NCBI RefSeq assembly: GCF_018350175.1
Contig: NC_058368.1
Span: 223,698,001 to 223,762,000 of the forward strand
Direction of reading: 5' to 3'
Length of the DNA: 64,000 bases
Source: Felis catus
Taxonomy: Eukaryota
Shown here: positions 51,677-64,000 of the stretch, in pieces
Layout: each line of letters begins with the position of its first letter
How positions within the stretch are numbered: position 1 is the first letter of the stretch
Position numbers and translations under genes: made by a program
The notes under the pieces: model-generated
What the model was told of the DNA's origin: nothing
The model's database searches: none
Seen by the model: only the letters and a program-made list of their open reading frames with translations

Positions 51677-52966
51677 CAAATAGTTGTGTATATATGAGCA
51701 TTTTAGCAAATTATAATTCGTTGAGTAATTCTTACAGAGAGAGAGCGCTCCTACTCTTTCATTTGACCAACCTTTGGATGTAGATGTTTCTTGAATTTAT
51801 AAACGGCAAATTAAAGAACACATTCATGCAAATGTATTTAACATGCACGTGGAAGTACCTTCAGGATAGGATTTGGTTATTTTATAAATCAATGTATTTT
51901 TAATCTATCCTTACAGTTCTTAAAATCTATAGCCATTTCCTAAAACTTGATGTTCTAATATATACAATACTGGGCATTAAAACAGAGAACACTTGATTAT
52001 ATTTAATATCAGTAAATTAAAAAGCAAATTAATTTTCAATTCTGTACGTGCCAAGAGTTGTGCCATATGACACCAAGCTTAAAAGGAACTGTTCAGTATG
52101 GGCTTTGTCCAGATTTAACACACCCAGCTTTACAAAGTTGCATTGATTTGAGATTTAGGGAGTTTATTCTGATCGTCATAAATTTTACATACATTTATGT
52201 CAACTTAATAAACTAAACACAACTATTCTCTGTCAGCCTTGCTATGATAATAAAGAAATCTCCAAATTTAGTGACTTAAAAAAAAAGCGTACATAGGACA
52301 CTTTCTACATGCTTGTCACATGTCAGCTGGAGACTCAGCTTATTGGATCAGTAAGGGTCAAGGCTGATGAGACTCAGTGGAAACAGTACTCAAAGGAAGC
52401 AGTAAAAGAACACAGTGGCCAAGGAGCTAACTCATCAAACTGCCCAGAGGGTGTATATTTTACTGACATACATATTGCTTTGACTACGACGAAATAGTCT
52501 GAATAGTCTATCTTGAATAAATTATTTCAGAAAATGCTAAAATGGTAAACTTTTTCTTTACCCACTATTAAGAAAAGATTGTAGTAACAGTCTCCATAAT
52601 ATCTATCCACAGTAAAGGATGTGAGCACTGTCACAAAGTGGACTTATAAGAAATCCATTGAATTGCACATAGAATTCGCTAGTTTGGGTCATAGCTTATA
52701 TATATGGCAGGATTTTAGAAACCTGACTTAAATTCGGGAGTCCTTTGCTTTTCTTACCTCTAAAATGGTGCTACTCATATCTGTCCAATAAAGCTGTTGG
52801 AAAGACCCCACGAACTGATATGTGCAAAGCTGGAAACTCTAAAGACATAAAAATTTCAGGGATGGTGATCTGTTTTACTGTTCAGATGATGTATATCTTT
52901 TCTTGCAGGAACAAGACCAGCTTAACTTGAGAAATTTGAGAGTATTTAGCTAAGTCCTATCAGAAC

Positions 52967-52975
<9 letters not shown>

Positions 52976-53016
<41 letters not shown>
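52976..53016. repeat. (TA)n microsatellite
   Basis: Directly visible. Confidence 0.95.
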
Positions 53017-53018
<2 letters not shown>

Positions 53019-54377
53019 CCACTCCTAGCTGAAATAGATAAAAGGGAAAAAAGGCTTATTTGATCTGCAATGTGGATATGATGTGGTCCATAAACGATTG
53101 CTTGATGTCATAAGAAAGACTAATCAGCCACTATTGGCAGAGAAACTGGCTTGTTTCTGTGCAGAGCCTGCAATCCTAGTGAAAGAAGTATTCAGAATTC
53201 CATAATGGAATGATTGGAAGCCCAAACAACTTAGAATGGCACTGGATGATAAAGACCTAAAAAGTGACTGAAGCAATGAAGGCAGTGCTTCTGAGGATAG
53301 ATGTAATATTTCTTCATGTCAGCTGATAATCACTCCTCCGCCATGCGTCGCTTTCATACCCGTAGAAATTCTAGGAATGATGATCAGAAAAAAAAAATGA
53401 ATCCTGTAAAAAACATTTGCAGGCGTATGGTATCAGAGAGACTAGCCAGCTTTGTTTTCAGAGTAAGAATAATCATTTTTTTTAAACTTTTCAAAAGTCG
53501 TCTGGGACTTGTGTGGGACAACAGATAATACGAGATGTGTGAGACACAGTCACTGTCATTAAAGATCTTGAACCCTATATATGGAAATAACGTTTAAACA
53601 CATCCAATTGGAATTTTTAATGCACTGCTAACTTCTGCTTGAGTTGTGCATATGAATAATACATATTCAAATATGAAATATATCACCGCGTAAGACAGGA
53701 ACTGTGCAATCATGTATTAGTTCGACAAATATTTTTGCGTACCTGTTACACAACTGTGTTAGACTTTAGGATCACAGTGAGAAGGTCCACAGTTAGACTT
53801 TAGGATCAGTCTTCATTGAACATGTAGGCTAGTGGTTGAGACAGTTAAAATAAGAAATAGTCAAATACATAAAACAGTTGTAAATCTGGGTAAGAACTAC
53901 AACTGAAACAAACAAAAAGATACAGGCTAATATGAAAGCAAAATTTAAAAAAAATCCTCAGAATTATCTACAAGAAAGCTGTATCTGCTTTAACAGTCTC
54001 TGTGGCTGGTCTCACTGACGCTAATCTTTCACTCATGAGCTTTCAAATGGGCAGTGACTTGGTTGGAAATATATTGAGCCTATCAGCCTCCTTTGGGATT
54101 TTGGCCCTGAGCCATTTTGTTCAACTGAAATATTTACTAGGGGGACACACTAAGGTAATCAAGTATCTTAACAAAGGGCATATTAACCATTTATTTTTTG
54201 AAGTCATCTTTGTCCCGAGTCTTGTTCTTATTCTGTGTCTTAACAGGTCTGTGTAAATAAGAGCACTTTTCAATTTTTTTACACGTAATTACAAGAATCA
54301 GTTCATTTTCGTAATCTTACAATTCCGTAACTTCTGGTCTCCCTACTTTTCCTTTCATCCATTCTTGCTAATAGGCC

Positions 54378-54381
<4 letters not shown>

Positions 54382-54421
<40 letters not shown>

Positions 54422-54424
54422 CGC
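54382..54424. repeat. (TG)n(CG)n alternating purine-pyrimidine tract
   Basis: Directly visible. Confidence 0.95.
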
Positions 54425-55049
54425 TCACTCATAATTTTGGTAGCATTTTACCACAAAAAGTTAACAACCAATGCTCATTGCCAACATTTTATCAATTTCC
54501 AGGTTTAGTAGATACAATAGATTTGGGTGGTACAGACAAATTTGACTCCTGATAGAATTTTCTCTTTGGTCAGTTTTTAATGCAGGCACGGCCTCTTGGC
54601 AGAAGGAGAACATGGAAGTCAGGGCCACTGCAAGCTCAGCAAGGGTGGCATATCAGGCGAGTCCGTGGAGCCCAGTCACATTTAATGAGTACCCATGAAG
54701 CACTTATGCCCTTGGTATTGCCTGAGTCGGTGCCAAATTTTACTATGGAAAATGTTTAGTCCAGATTCTTCTCCATGTTTCTAACTCCCTCTCCTGGATG
54801 GCAGTAGTGTTTTACATGGACGTGTACTTTATATTGTCCTCAAAATATTAATACAAATGGCCTGGAGGTAGCTAGGTTCACTCAGCAGTCTAGAGCTCTT
54901 TTGGCCAGACAACTGTTGACCAAATTTGTGCCTAAGCCTTCCACTTCCCAATCTTTTAAAATTCCTTTTTCAAAAAATCATTATTCAAAATACAGAGGAG
55001 GGGAAAGTAAGGAAAATTTTAATATAAATTTTAAAAACAAAATTTTAAC

Positions 55050-55080
55050 GTTTAAAAATATTTTAATGTTTATTTGGTTT

Positions 55081-55118
<38 letters not shown>

Positions 55119-55264
55119 AAATGTGGGAGAAGCAGGAGAATCCCAAGCAGGCTCTGCACTGTCAGTGCAGAATCCGATGTGGGGTTCAGTCATGAGACCC
55201 TGAGATCATGGCCTGAGAATACCAACAGTTAGACACTGAACCGATTGAGCCACCCAGGCGCCCC
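55050..55264 (-). mobile_element. Can-SINE
   Basis: Antisense SINE; TSD aaaatt(t/g)taac. Confidence 0.94.
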
Positions 55265-55819
55265 AAAATTGTAACTCTTTTATTGATAACAATGGGGTTG
55301 TTATTACTAGGAAGAAATTTCATAGCATGATAAATGTGGGATAGAATACTTTTCTTTAAAATATTGACATTAAAGAATGTTCATTGCAATATTGCCCACT
55401 AAGTCTGAATTTGACTTTTAATCACTGAGTAATTCCTGAGAAATATTTAGACTGTATACTTAAAACTGGCAGAGACTGTGTCTTATACTTTTGTATTTAC
55501 ATTTAGTACAATGTACATACTACAGTGCTAACCCCCATCAAACCCTTGTTGACTGGTTGGACAATAAAGAATTTGGTTTGGATGGAAGACAGCACAGCCA
55601 TGTGCTTCTGAGTGCCTTGAACAACTTTATAATCCCATACCTCCCTACATCTTAGCAGACTCTTTAGTGAAAAGTCCCAGGACACTTTTACAACCAACAA
55701 TCAGACAGGTGGTGGCCAGCCCTTATTTCTTCAGGAATGCTCCCTACTTATCGTTGTCGTGACGTCTTTACTGCACTCTTTTCTCTTTCTATGATTTTGG
55801 AGTTGGTGAGCTAGTAAGT

Positions 55820-56015
55820 TTGGGCTTTCAATGTCATGACTTTGAGCAAAGTCTTGGGTCCCTTTATGTCTTGTTCACATCCCAGGTTATGTCCCTTACC
55901 AGCTGTGAGCCTAAAGGCAGTTGTTCTTAGCTTCCATATCTTGGAGCCTCAGTTTGTCTAATTGTTTAAAGGGAGATAATTATATCTACTTCATAGGATT
56001 GTGAAGATTAAATGT
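55820..56015 (+). mobile_element. MIR relic
   Basis: 'ttggagcctcagtttgtctaattgtttaaagggagataattatatctacttcataggattgtgaagattaaatg'. Confidence 0.85.
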
Positions 56016-56036
56016 CTCACACCTTGTATGCCTTCC

Positions 56037-56716
56037 TTTGTGTTTTTTCTTTCCCATTTAGCTATTTCTTTATTTATAGAGAGCAGGTTGAGCAGAAGAG
56101 AAGATAGGGGTTTCTGAAGTGAGAAGGAAATTGGTTTCTTCATCTGAAGAGAAGTCATTATTGAACAAACAACCCCCACATGGCTGACCCATCACTCTTC
56201 TTAGAGTGCCCAACTTGTAGAGTTGTGGAGAGACTTCAACTTGGCAGAGCTAATATTTAGGGAGAGAAAGGCATAAACTGCAGTTCAGCAACAACAGCCT
56301 GATTTCTAATCCTGCCTACCATCATCTTTAGAATGTCTTTCCTGTGGGACTCACCACCATCCTCTATATAATGGTCACTATGCTCTTCTATTCGATGCCC
56401 TAGTGAAGCAAAATGTTTCCTGACATAGCAAGCCTGATGTGTGGTCAACCACAGCTAGATATACTCTCTTATAGCTTCCGTTCTGATCATAAACCAAACC
56501 GGAAGATCACACTTGCTTATGCTCTGGATAAGGCTGTTTTCCTCAGGGTGTTTCACTTGGTGGCTGGAACTGCCTTGGAGAGTGGTACCCGTGTGAAGTG
56601 AAGAGTCATTGAGGCAGCTCAGGTGGACTGTGAAGCTGATGATGCTCGAAGACTTCAAACATGATAGGCTTGGCTTTGATGCATTTCACAAATGATTCAG
56701 TGACCTCCACTGCAAT
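56037..56716 (-). pseudogene. KIF1B: KIF1B (beta-isoform stalk region) processed pseudogene fragment, decayed
   Basis: Minus-strand translation across frameshifts: [105 protein letters not shown]. This is colinear with recalled KIF1B IAVEITESFVDYIKTKPIVFEVFGHYQ..PLSKPVPATKLNT..QSMSKYDLLVWF..AVVDHTAGLPCQGTFLLHQGI..VVGRIRNK..AILSLNIISAKYLKSSHNS. No introns; AATAAA at 56074-56069 and a decayed A-tail. Confidence 0.9.
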
Positions 56717-56792
56717 CAAGCTTCAAGCATTCAAGACCCTCCATAATCTACCCCAGTTGACCTTCGTTTTCGATTGAAAATAAAGCTTTTAA

Positions 56793-56958
56793 GGGATGCC
56801 TGGGTGGCCTCACAGACTCTTGATTTCTGTTCAGGTCATGATCTCATGTTTCGCACGTTTGAGCTCTGCCTCTGGCTCTGTGCTGACAGTGCAGAGTCTG
56901 CTTGAGATTCTCTCTCTCTCTCTCTCTCTCCCTCTCTCTCTTCCTCTCTTCTGCTTAT

Positions 56959-56995
<37 letters not shown>

Positions 56996-57016
56996 ATAAA
57001 TACATAAACTTAAAAG
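56793..57016 (+). mobile_element. Can-SINE (older subfamily)
   Basis: SINE body with long CT tracts. Confidence 0.92.
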
Positions 57017-59951
57017 AAATACAACTTTTTAAAGCAGGGGTTAGATATCTTTTTATCATTACACCTCAATTGCCTCATTTTTTAAAAATGAGAAAAAGTA
57101 GAAAGGAAAGAAATAAAAGAGCAGGATGAAAAATATAAGGAAAAACAAATACATTATTGAATTCAATTATTTCTATGTTTATATGGAGAAATAAGTTAAA
57201 ATATTTTACCACATGGAAATACTACTGGATACAAGTAAACATAGATTGGACTTTCCATGTATTGAAACATTTTACATAAATATAACTTAAATGATATGGG
57301 ACAAGCTAAAAACCAAACACATTGAACAACCAAAGAGTTGAGAAATCCCAAAATGGCATTATATAAATAATTATAACAGAAGAAACTACATATAAGTTAA
57401 CAATTGTTAAAAATATCTTATTATTATGATCTATTAGAATATGTGTTTATGTCAGTGGAATAATTAAAAAATGTTTATAATTACTTTTAGCTATAAAATG
57501 AACACATATCTATAGAACTTAAACATCACAAATCAAAGCAATGAATGTGGAGGAGACTAACTCACAAAATTACATGGGACAGGCAATTTTCAGATGACAG
57601 AAACAATAGAATAAACTAAAAACTTTAAGAAATAGGCCAAAAGAAACAAGTCAGTGAAAACATAGTAATATTTTAATATTGATAAAACTAATAAAGAGTA
57701 AGACTCTAGATATCCAGACAAATGCATTGTTAAAGCCTATCACATTTAAAGTAGTTCTGCACAAGACAACATTTTTGTTCTGAATGGGCTAGAACACAAG
57801 AATGACTCAAAAAGAAAAAATAAATAAAAAAATAAGGGAAATAAAGTTCTTATGCTCATGTTCTTCTGCCAAACTTGTATCTTGAAGAAGATTATTTGTG
57901 GTGGGGAGCAAAGAGAATCTGGAAAAATCTCCTCAAGTCTCACTCCAGGAAAATGGAAAAATTACCCAACTATACAAGCATAGGTGTGACATATGTTTTC
58001 TGAGAAGTTATACTAGGAAGAAAAGAATATGCCCAAATAAGAGGAGGGGGGGAACAACCTTGACAAACAAAATTCTAGAACTGCTACTCTGAAACTATAA
58101 GTGTGCAAATTATCCTTCATGCTTTGTGTAGTATGATAATCGTATATCAAATAAATTACATGTGTTGTGGATTTTTAGTTTTTTGGTTTCTATCAAGTGC
58201 AAAATATTACTACAAATCTAATGCATTTTAAAATATATGGCTTTAGATATCCAATTTAAAAGAAATTGTACTTGAAGAATATTATTTGAATAAATTAAAA
58301 CCCAAAGGAAAAAGAAACTGATAGAAACACTAATAGAGACTTTGTACATAAGACGTGAATTGACATTCCAGATTTAAATTTGTTTTGATAGTTTTATCTT
58401 CACAGTAAAAGTCATTCTAATTTCCTTGGTTGAGAAGACAGCCAAAAGGCAACTGAGCCACAAGCTTCCCATTTCGATTGTCTTAATCATTGTTTTTAAT
58501 TTAAATTAAACTGAATGGTTGGAATAGAGATTTGGAATGAAATTTGTCTGATCATGGGCACTGTTCTTTCTAATCCTATAAAAAGAAAGAATGAGACTTA
58601 ATTTCTCTTAATATAGCCACCAGATAAAGACTTATACTTCCTTTTAGCTGTATTACTGCACAGAAAGCATTCAAATTTTGACTTAAAACTTGTCTATTGC
58701 ATACTATTAATTAGGACTTAATGTGCAGGTTCATTAAGGACATGCAACCACTGGGTTTATTTTGGCTTTTATTTTAATTGCAGTAGCTATAATATAAAAT
58801 CTATTATCCTGCATTTTTAAATTACAATATATTCTTATGTAGTTTGAATTAAAAAATATTCAAGAATGCATGTAATTTTCCCATTGGTCATGACTGGTTA
58901 TGCAAATCCCCTTTTGTTTAAAATATTCTTAAACGTAGGATCATATTTTAGATCTCATTAAATTAAAATTAAAAGGCACAAAACTATCAACCAAGAAAAA
59001 TGATTTTTATTCTCTAGTTTCATCTTGATAATAGACATTTATTATTCACTTTCTGTTTTAAATTATAGTGTGCTGACTTGAATCTGACAATAGGCTTTAT
59101 TTATTTGATCTATTACCAGAGGTAACTGTAAGTACAGACTTTATACCTACTCAGATATTTTCTTATATGATGGAAACTCTTGTTCCTAGATCTGTACACT
59201 AGGAGCCAGATGTTGATGCAGAGGTCTTAAAAGTCGACATTAAGAACAAAACACAACAAAAGAAATGGCATATAAACAAGCAAGATTATAAATGCACTAC
59301 AATTGCAGCAAAGTGGGATAATTATATCAAGAAACTGTTCTCTTGTATTGATTCCTATCAAATTTGTCAGTAGATGTTAAGCATTAAAGGGTGATCATTG
59401 CCAGTCACTTGATTTCCCCATTTAAATAAGTGACCGCATTACCGTTTTCAATAACATTGACATCATTCATCGTGAATGACATCTTTGAAGGAAAGTAAAC
59501 CTTCATCTTTCATATTCCTTTTCTAGGATCCTGGAGGTGGAGTCAGGTCATGGGAGTATTCTATCAACACCACAGTGAGTAAGTAGGGCAGAAGCCTGAG
59601 GATTCCTAACTGTAGATGAAATTTTAAGAACTTCTTGGGGTTGTAAACATTTGATTTTGTTTCAGTGATCGTTTTAACTCAAAAGTGAGGAAACAGCAAA
59701 AAATAATGAGATACCATTAACACTAAGCACAGTGATCCCAACTGCCAGAGTGAAATAAAGGGGAACGTTTGAAGTGTATTAATATAAGAAAATTAAAAAA
59801 ATATATATATGATAAAAACTGATTATTTAAGATAAAATTTAATGGAAACATGCACCATTTAAAAAGCGGTCATTTTTAAGGGACTTTCAAGATTACAAAG
59901 AAAGTTCAACTAGCCCATTTCCTAAATGGTAAAAGAAAAGCTCAGAGTTGT

Positions 59952-60060
59952 AGGGGTTTCTGCCTGGCTCAGTAGGGAGAGGATGTGACTCTTAGGATTG
60001 TCAGTTCAAGCCCTATGCTGGGTGTAGAGATTTACCTAAAAATAAAATCTTAAAAAAATA
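59952..60060 (+). mobile_element. Short tRNA-derived Can-SINE
   Basis: 'cctggctcagtagggagaggatgtgactctt...gttcaagccctatgctgggtgtagagattt'. Confidence 0.8.
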
Positions 60061-60277
60061 AGCTCAAAACAAAAGACACGTATATCAATGTTCTTTATAC
60101 TGTATCATATGATAGCAACATAGTACAGAGGTTGCTACTCTGTAGGTTAACAATACTGAATTTCACATTAGCTAAATACCATTTTGTCGATAAATGATAA
60201 TAGCTTATAATGTTTTTCTTGAAAGTCTATCAAGTAGGTTTAAACAATATTGGGCACATTAGGTAAGTCATAATGAA

Positions 60278-60278
<1 letters not shown>

Positions 60279-60316
<38 letters not shown>

Positions 60317-60432
60317 TGTATAATGTCTCCATTTTTATATCTATGCATATAATGTGTATATATATAACTAAGTATAACTATATAACTATATATGTATAAC
60401 TTATATAACCATAACTAAAACTATAACTATAA

Positions 60433-60480
<48 letters not shown>

Positions 60481-60482
60481 GT
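60279..60482. repeat. (TA)n, (TATAAC)n and (CT)n(AT)n microsatellite cluster
   Basis: Directly visible. Confidence 0.9.
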
Positions 60483-61160
60483 ATAATGACTTAGAGCCAT
60501 AGATTTTCTTTACTATTTTCAAAATTCTTCTGGCCATTAAGCTTGGAGGGATGGTAATCATTTTTAACTGGATATGGGTTAGAATTTTTAGATAAATTGA
60601 TCAGGACAAAAATTCAATTATTCTTATATCTAAAAATGCATAAATGACCAAACAAATTCAGAATCTCCCCAAAATATATTCACAAGTTGGGGAAAGAGTC
60701 GGACATTGGGCATATTAGAAAGCAGTGATTAGAGAAAACTAAGGCTGTTTTTCATACTGTCTTCCCTTAGTCGATTCTATACACTATATTTCTACAGACA
60801 ATCTTAAATGACTACCTACTGGATTCCTTTATGAGAACTTCCATTATGGTTACTGTTAGTGTTAAGTCCCCAAAGAAGAAATATAGATATTGTCTCTGTG
60901 CCCATTTTACAGAGAACTTTTTCACCTACAGCACTGCTAAATTAGTAACTCTTATCATTACCCATTTTTTCTTGGATATTAAGGATTAATAAGCAATCTT
61001 CTAAGAGAGAAAAAGGGGGAAAAAGTTCATGATGCCCACAGTTCAGACTTCCTTTTTAGCTGGGGTCTTGTGAGATGGTATTAAAGAAGGGAAGAAAAGC
61101 ATTTCTCTTTTCTCTGATTCCTTTCTTGTTAGGCAAAATGTTTCTTCTGAGGAAGTATCT

Positions 61161-61220
61161 CTCAGATAATACTCAGATAAAATACTCTCAGATAATACTC
61201 AGATAAAACTCAGATAATAC
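61161..61220. repeat. Five-copy 11-13 bp tandem repeat CTCAGATAA(T/A)A
   Basis: Units start at 61161, 61172, 61187, 61198 and 61209. Confidence 0.9.
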
Positions 61221-62837
61221 TTCTGGAGTATTATCCCAGTGCAGAAATTGCTGTTCTGATGACCCAGATCAAATGGTCTTCATTTTGCCCAACTTCAGGT
61301 CATTTTTAGTGGGTTTCAGTCTTCAGTACCAACTGTTCTGATTCTAATAAGCAAGACCCTGTCTTTATTCACGTAAGTCCCTCTGGAAGCTGTAGTCAAA
61401 GAATCATATTGTTTGGATTGTTTTGGCTTTCAATTGGTTGTTCACTAATTTAAGAATCTAGATCGTATGAGTCTGAGCAATTTCCTCCATGTCAGACTTT
61501 TGCTATGTTTCCTCTCCATAAAGTTCTACTCTTAAATGGATGAAATAAAGAAGCAGATTTCGTATTAAAATTATCAAACTCACAACTTCTATGATTATAT
61601 ATACATTCTATAAGGATTTCTTTGCCAACATGTAGCCAGATTGTGAGTTGAATTTAACCTAATTTAATACACGATTTTTCAAGGTTTCTAATAAGGTATT
61701 TTTAAAATTCATATGTGACACAATAAAGAATTATCCCAGGTAATCATACTAAAACATTGAAACTGTGTTCTGACGAATAGAATATGTTTATGTTTGAATC
61801 CTTTCCGTATTAAATAACAAAGTATTGCTTCCAATCATCTCTGTGGGTTTATAGTTTGCTTGATCATTCAACTTTATATCCTCATAGCATAAATATAATA
61901 AGTTTTACAAAGTTTATTATAATCCCACTTCATTAATCTATTTGAAAAGACTGACAAAAAGTATTCTCTAAACAACTAACCATCTACAATGCCGTCCTCT
62001 TTACTGTTTTGAATTTTCTATTTTCATCTGTAGTTAATCTTAACTAGGCCCACACAAATTTTCTATACAATCAATGTCCCCTGCGATAGAGAATTTTTTT
62101 ATCTTCTCTCCATGCCTGCATTATACTTATTTCCACACAATTCCATTGTTGCTAAACATGACTTAATCAGATGTTTTAAAACCCTGATCTGACATGTAAT
62201 AGATAATTTTCTGTACTCGATATTATATTGCTTTATTCAAATTGAAATAGACAACCTATTACTTCAGGCACTGTGGTGGACAACATGTCATATGGAATCT
62301 GACATTATACACTGTCCCAGATGAAACCTCTTCACTCTGGCTTGGCTGCTGGGCTATCTTACATGTATGGTGATTTTACTTAAAACCACAGTTCCATATA
62401 TTATGTAATCAGAGCTCCCACAGATATTGGAATCTGGCCAGTATGACTTGTCTCTTTAATGCTTTTACACACTCTGTGTTACAAAAACCATATCTTATAC
62501 TTACACCTATAAAAATTTAACTAAGGGCTACATTTACAATTAGAGATTAAGACACATTGTGATTACTCATAGCTTTTGCTCTTAGAGCAACAGGGGATCT
62601 GAAGAACACAATTCGTTTCACAACATTATAATCAAATCTACAAAATTTAAGACATGAATTTTAAACACATTAATGTGTTTTCCTAAATTTTTTTTTGCAT
62701 ATAATTAGTACTTTTGTGGGGGTTTTTTTTTTGGTAATAAAAAGAATAAAGTTTTATTTTTAACATAGTAGCAAATATAGTTTGATAGACAGTAGCTCAC
62801 AAATTTAACATATTTTAAAGGTGGTATATTAGAAGTT

Positions 62838-63110
62838 AGGGCACCTGGATGGCTCATTTGGTTAAGTGTCCAGCTCAGGTCATGCTCTCACAGTTGCGAT
62901 CTCATGACCTGATCTCACAACGGTGAGATCATGACCCACGTCAGGCTCTGCTCTGGGCATGAAGCCTGCTTCAGATTCTCTCTCTCTCTCTTTTTGTCTC
63001 TCCCCCACTTGCACTCTCACTCAAAACACAACAAAACAAAACAAAACAAAAAAAACAAGAAAACAACAAAAAAAACACAAATAACCAAAAAAAAAAAAAA
63101 AACACCCACA
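62838..63110 (+). mobile_element. Can-SINE with an internal inversion/duplication and a long A-rich tail
   Basis: SINE head and CT tract; rearranged centre at 62895-62940. Confidence 0.9.
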
Positions 63111-63174
63111 TACACAAAAGAAATAGATTAGCTATTAGTGAAAGGAGGATGTAATTACCAGCCTATTTTCTTCT

Positions 63175-63600
63175 CTCTCTTTTTTTTTTCTCAAATTTTA
63201 TCTTTACAGTCTGGTTAGTTATCATATAGTATAATGTTGGTTTCAGGAATGCAATTTAGTGATTCATCACTTACATGTAATACCCAGTGCTCAACACAAG
63301 TGCCCTCCTCAATATTCACCACCCATCTAGCCCATCCCCCAGCCACCTTCCCTCCAGCAAACCCCAATTTGTTCTCTGTGGTTAAGAGTCATTTATGATT
63401 TGCTGCCCTTTCTTTTATTTATCCCTTGCCCTACGTTCATCTGTGTTGTTTCTTCAATTCCACATATGGATGAAATCATATGGTGTTTGTCTTTTTCTGA
63501 CTGACTTATTTCACCTAGTGTAACACTTGCTACCTTCATCCATGTCATAGCAAATGGCAAGATTTCATTCTTTTGGATGGCTGAATAATATACCATTGTG
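63175..63600 (-). mobile_element. Carnivore L1 3' end
   Basis: T-tract, then 'tttagtgattcatcacttaca...aagtgccctcctcaat'; ORF YYSAIQKNEILPFAMTWM. Confidence 0.93.
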
Positions 63601-63630
63601 TGTGTGTGTGTGTGTGTGTGTGTATCTCCT

Positions 63631-63892
63631 CTTTTTTTTTTTTAATTTTTAAATGTAATTTAAATCCAAGTTAGTTAACATATCATGTAATAATGATTTC
63701 AGGAGTAGAATTTAGTGATTCATCACTTACATATAACACTCAGTGCTCATCCCAACAAGTGCCCTCCTTAATACCCATCAGCCATCTAACCCATCCTCTC
63801 ACCCAGTACCCCTCTAGCAACCCTCAGTTTGTTCTCTGTATTTAAGAGTCTTTTATGGTTTGCTTCCCTCTCTCTTTTTTATCTTATTTTTT
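63631..63892 (-). mobile_element. Second carnivore L1 3' end
   Basis: New T-tract, then 'aatccaagttagttaacata...tttagtgattcatcacttacatataacactcagtgctcatcccaacaagtgccctccttaat'. Confidence 0.93.
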
Positions 63893-64000
63893 CATATATA
63901 TACATGAAAAACATATATGTGAATTATACATCCTTTGTATATATAAGTATTATACATATAGATATATACATACACACACACCTTTTTTATATACATACAT

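Noticed and set aside
58880..58920. Octamer ATGCAAAT (58900-58907) near a SOX-like CTTTTGT
   Set aside because: The order and spacing do not match the canonical composite site, and such words are expected by chance in AT-rich DNA.
1..64000. Prokaryote-style systems (operons, CRISPR arrays, rRNA) and intact CDSs
   Set aside because: The sequence is felid genomic DNA. There are no repeat-spacer arrays, and the longest ORFs derive from SINEs or microsatellites.

Overview
This is AT-rich, repeat-dense mammalian DNA from a cat (Felidae). The assignment rests on about 33 tRNA-derived Can-SINEs, including the young Felis-type variant, and on carnivore L1 3' ends. I find no intact protein-coding gene; nearly all ORFs in the supplied track are SINE, L1 or microsatellite artefacts. 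The window reads as intergenic or deep-intronic DNA with MLT1, ERVL and ERV1-type LTRs, a MER47/Tigger5-like DNA transposon, L1, L2, CR1 and MIR relics, and microsatellites. Three features stand out. (1) A ~1.53 kb L1-mediated insertion (32993-34520, minus strand) splits an MLT1D LTR. It has a 14-bp TSD and an A-tail remnant but still carries an unspliced intron, with a MIR inside it, between two frame-compatible exons of a gene I cannot name. (2) An old, intron-less KIF1B retrocopy fragment (56037-56716, minus strand) has a 3' end that looks like an intronic-polyadenylation isoform. (3) A CpG-rich, apparently young solo ERV LTR lies at 9714-10395. Repeat family names and the KIF1B comparison come from recalled consensus sequences, not from a search, and the boundaries of old repeats are approximate. 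I see no evidence of a novel multi-gene biological system.
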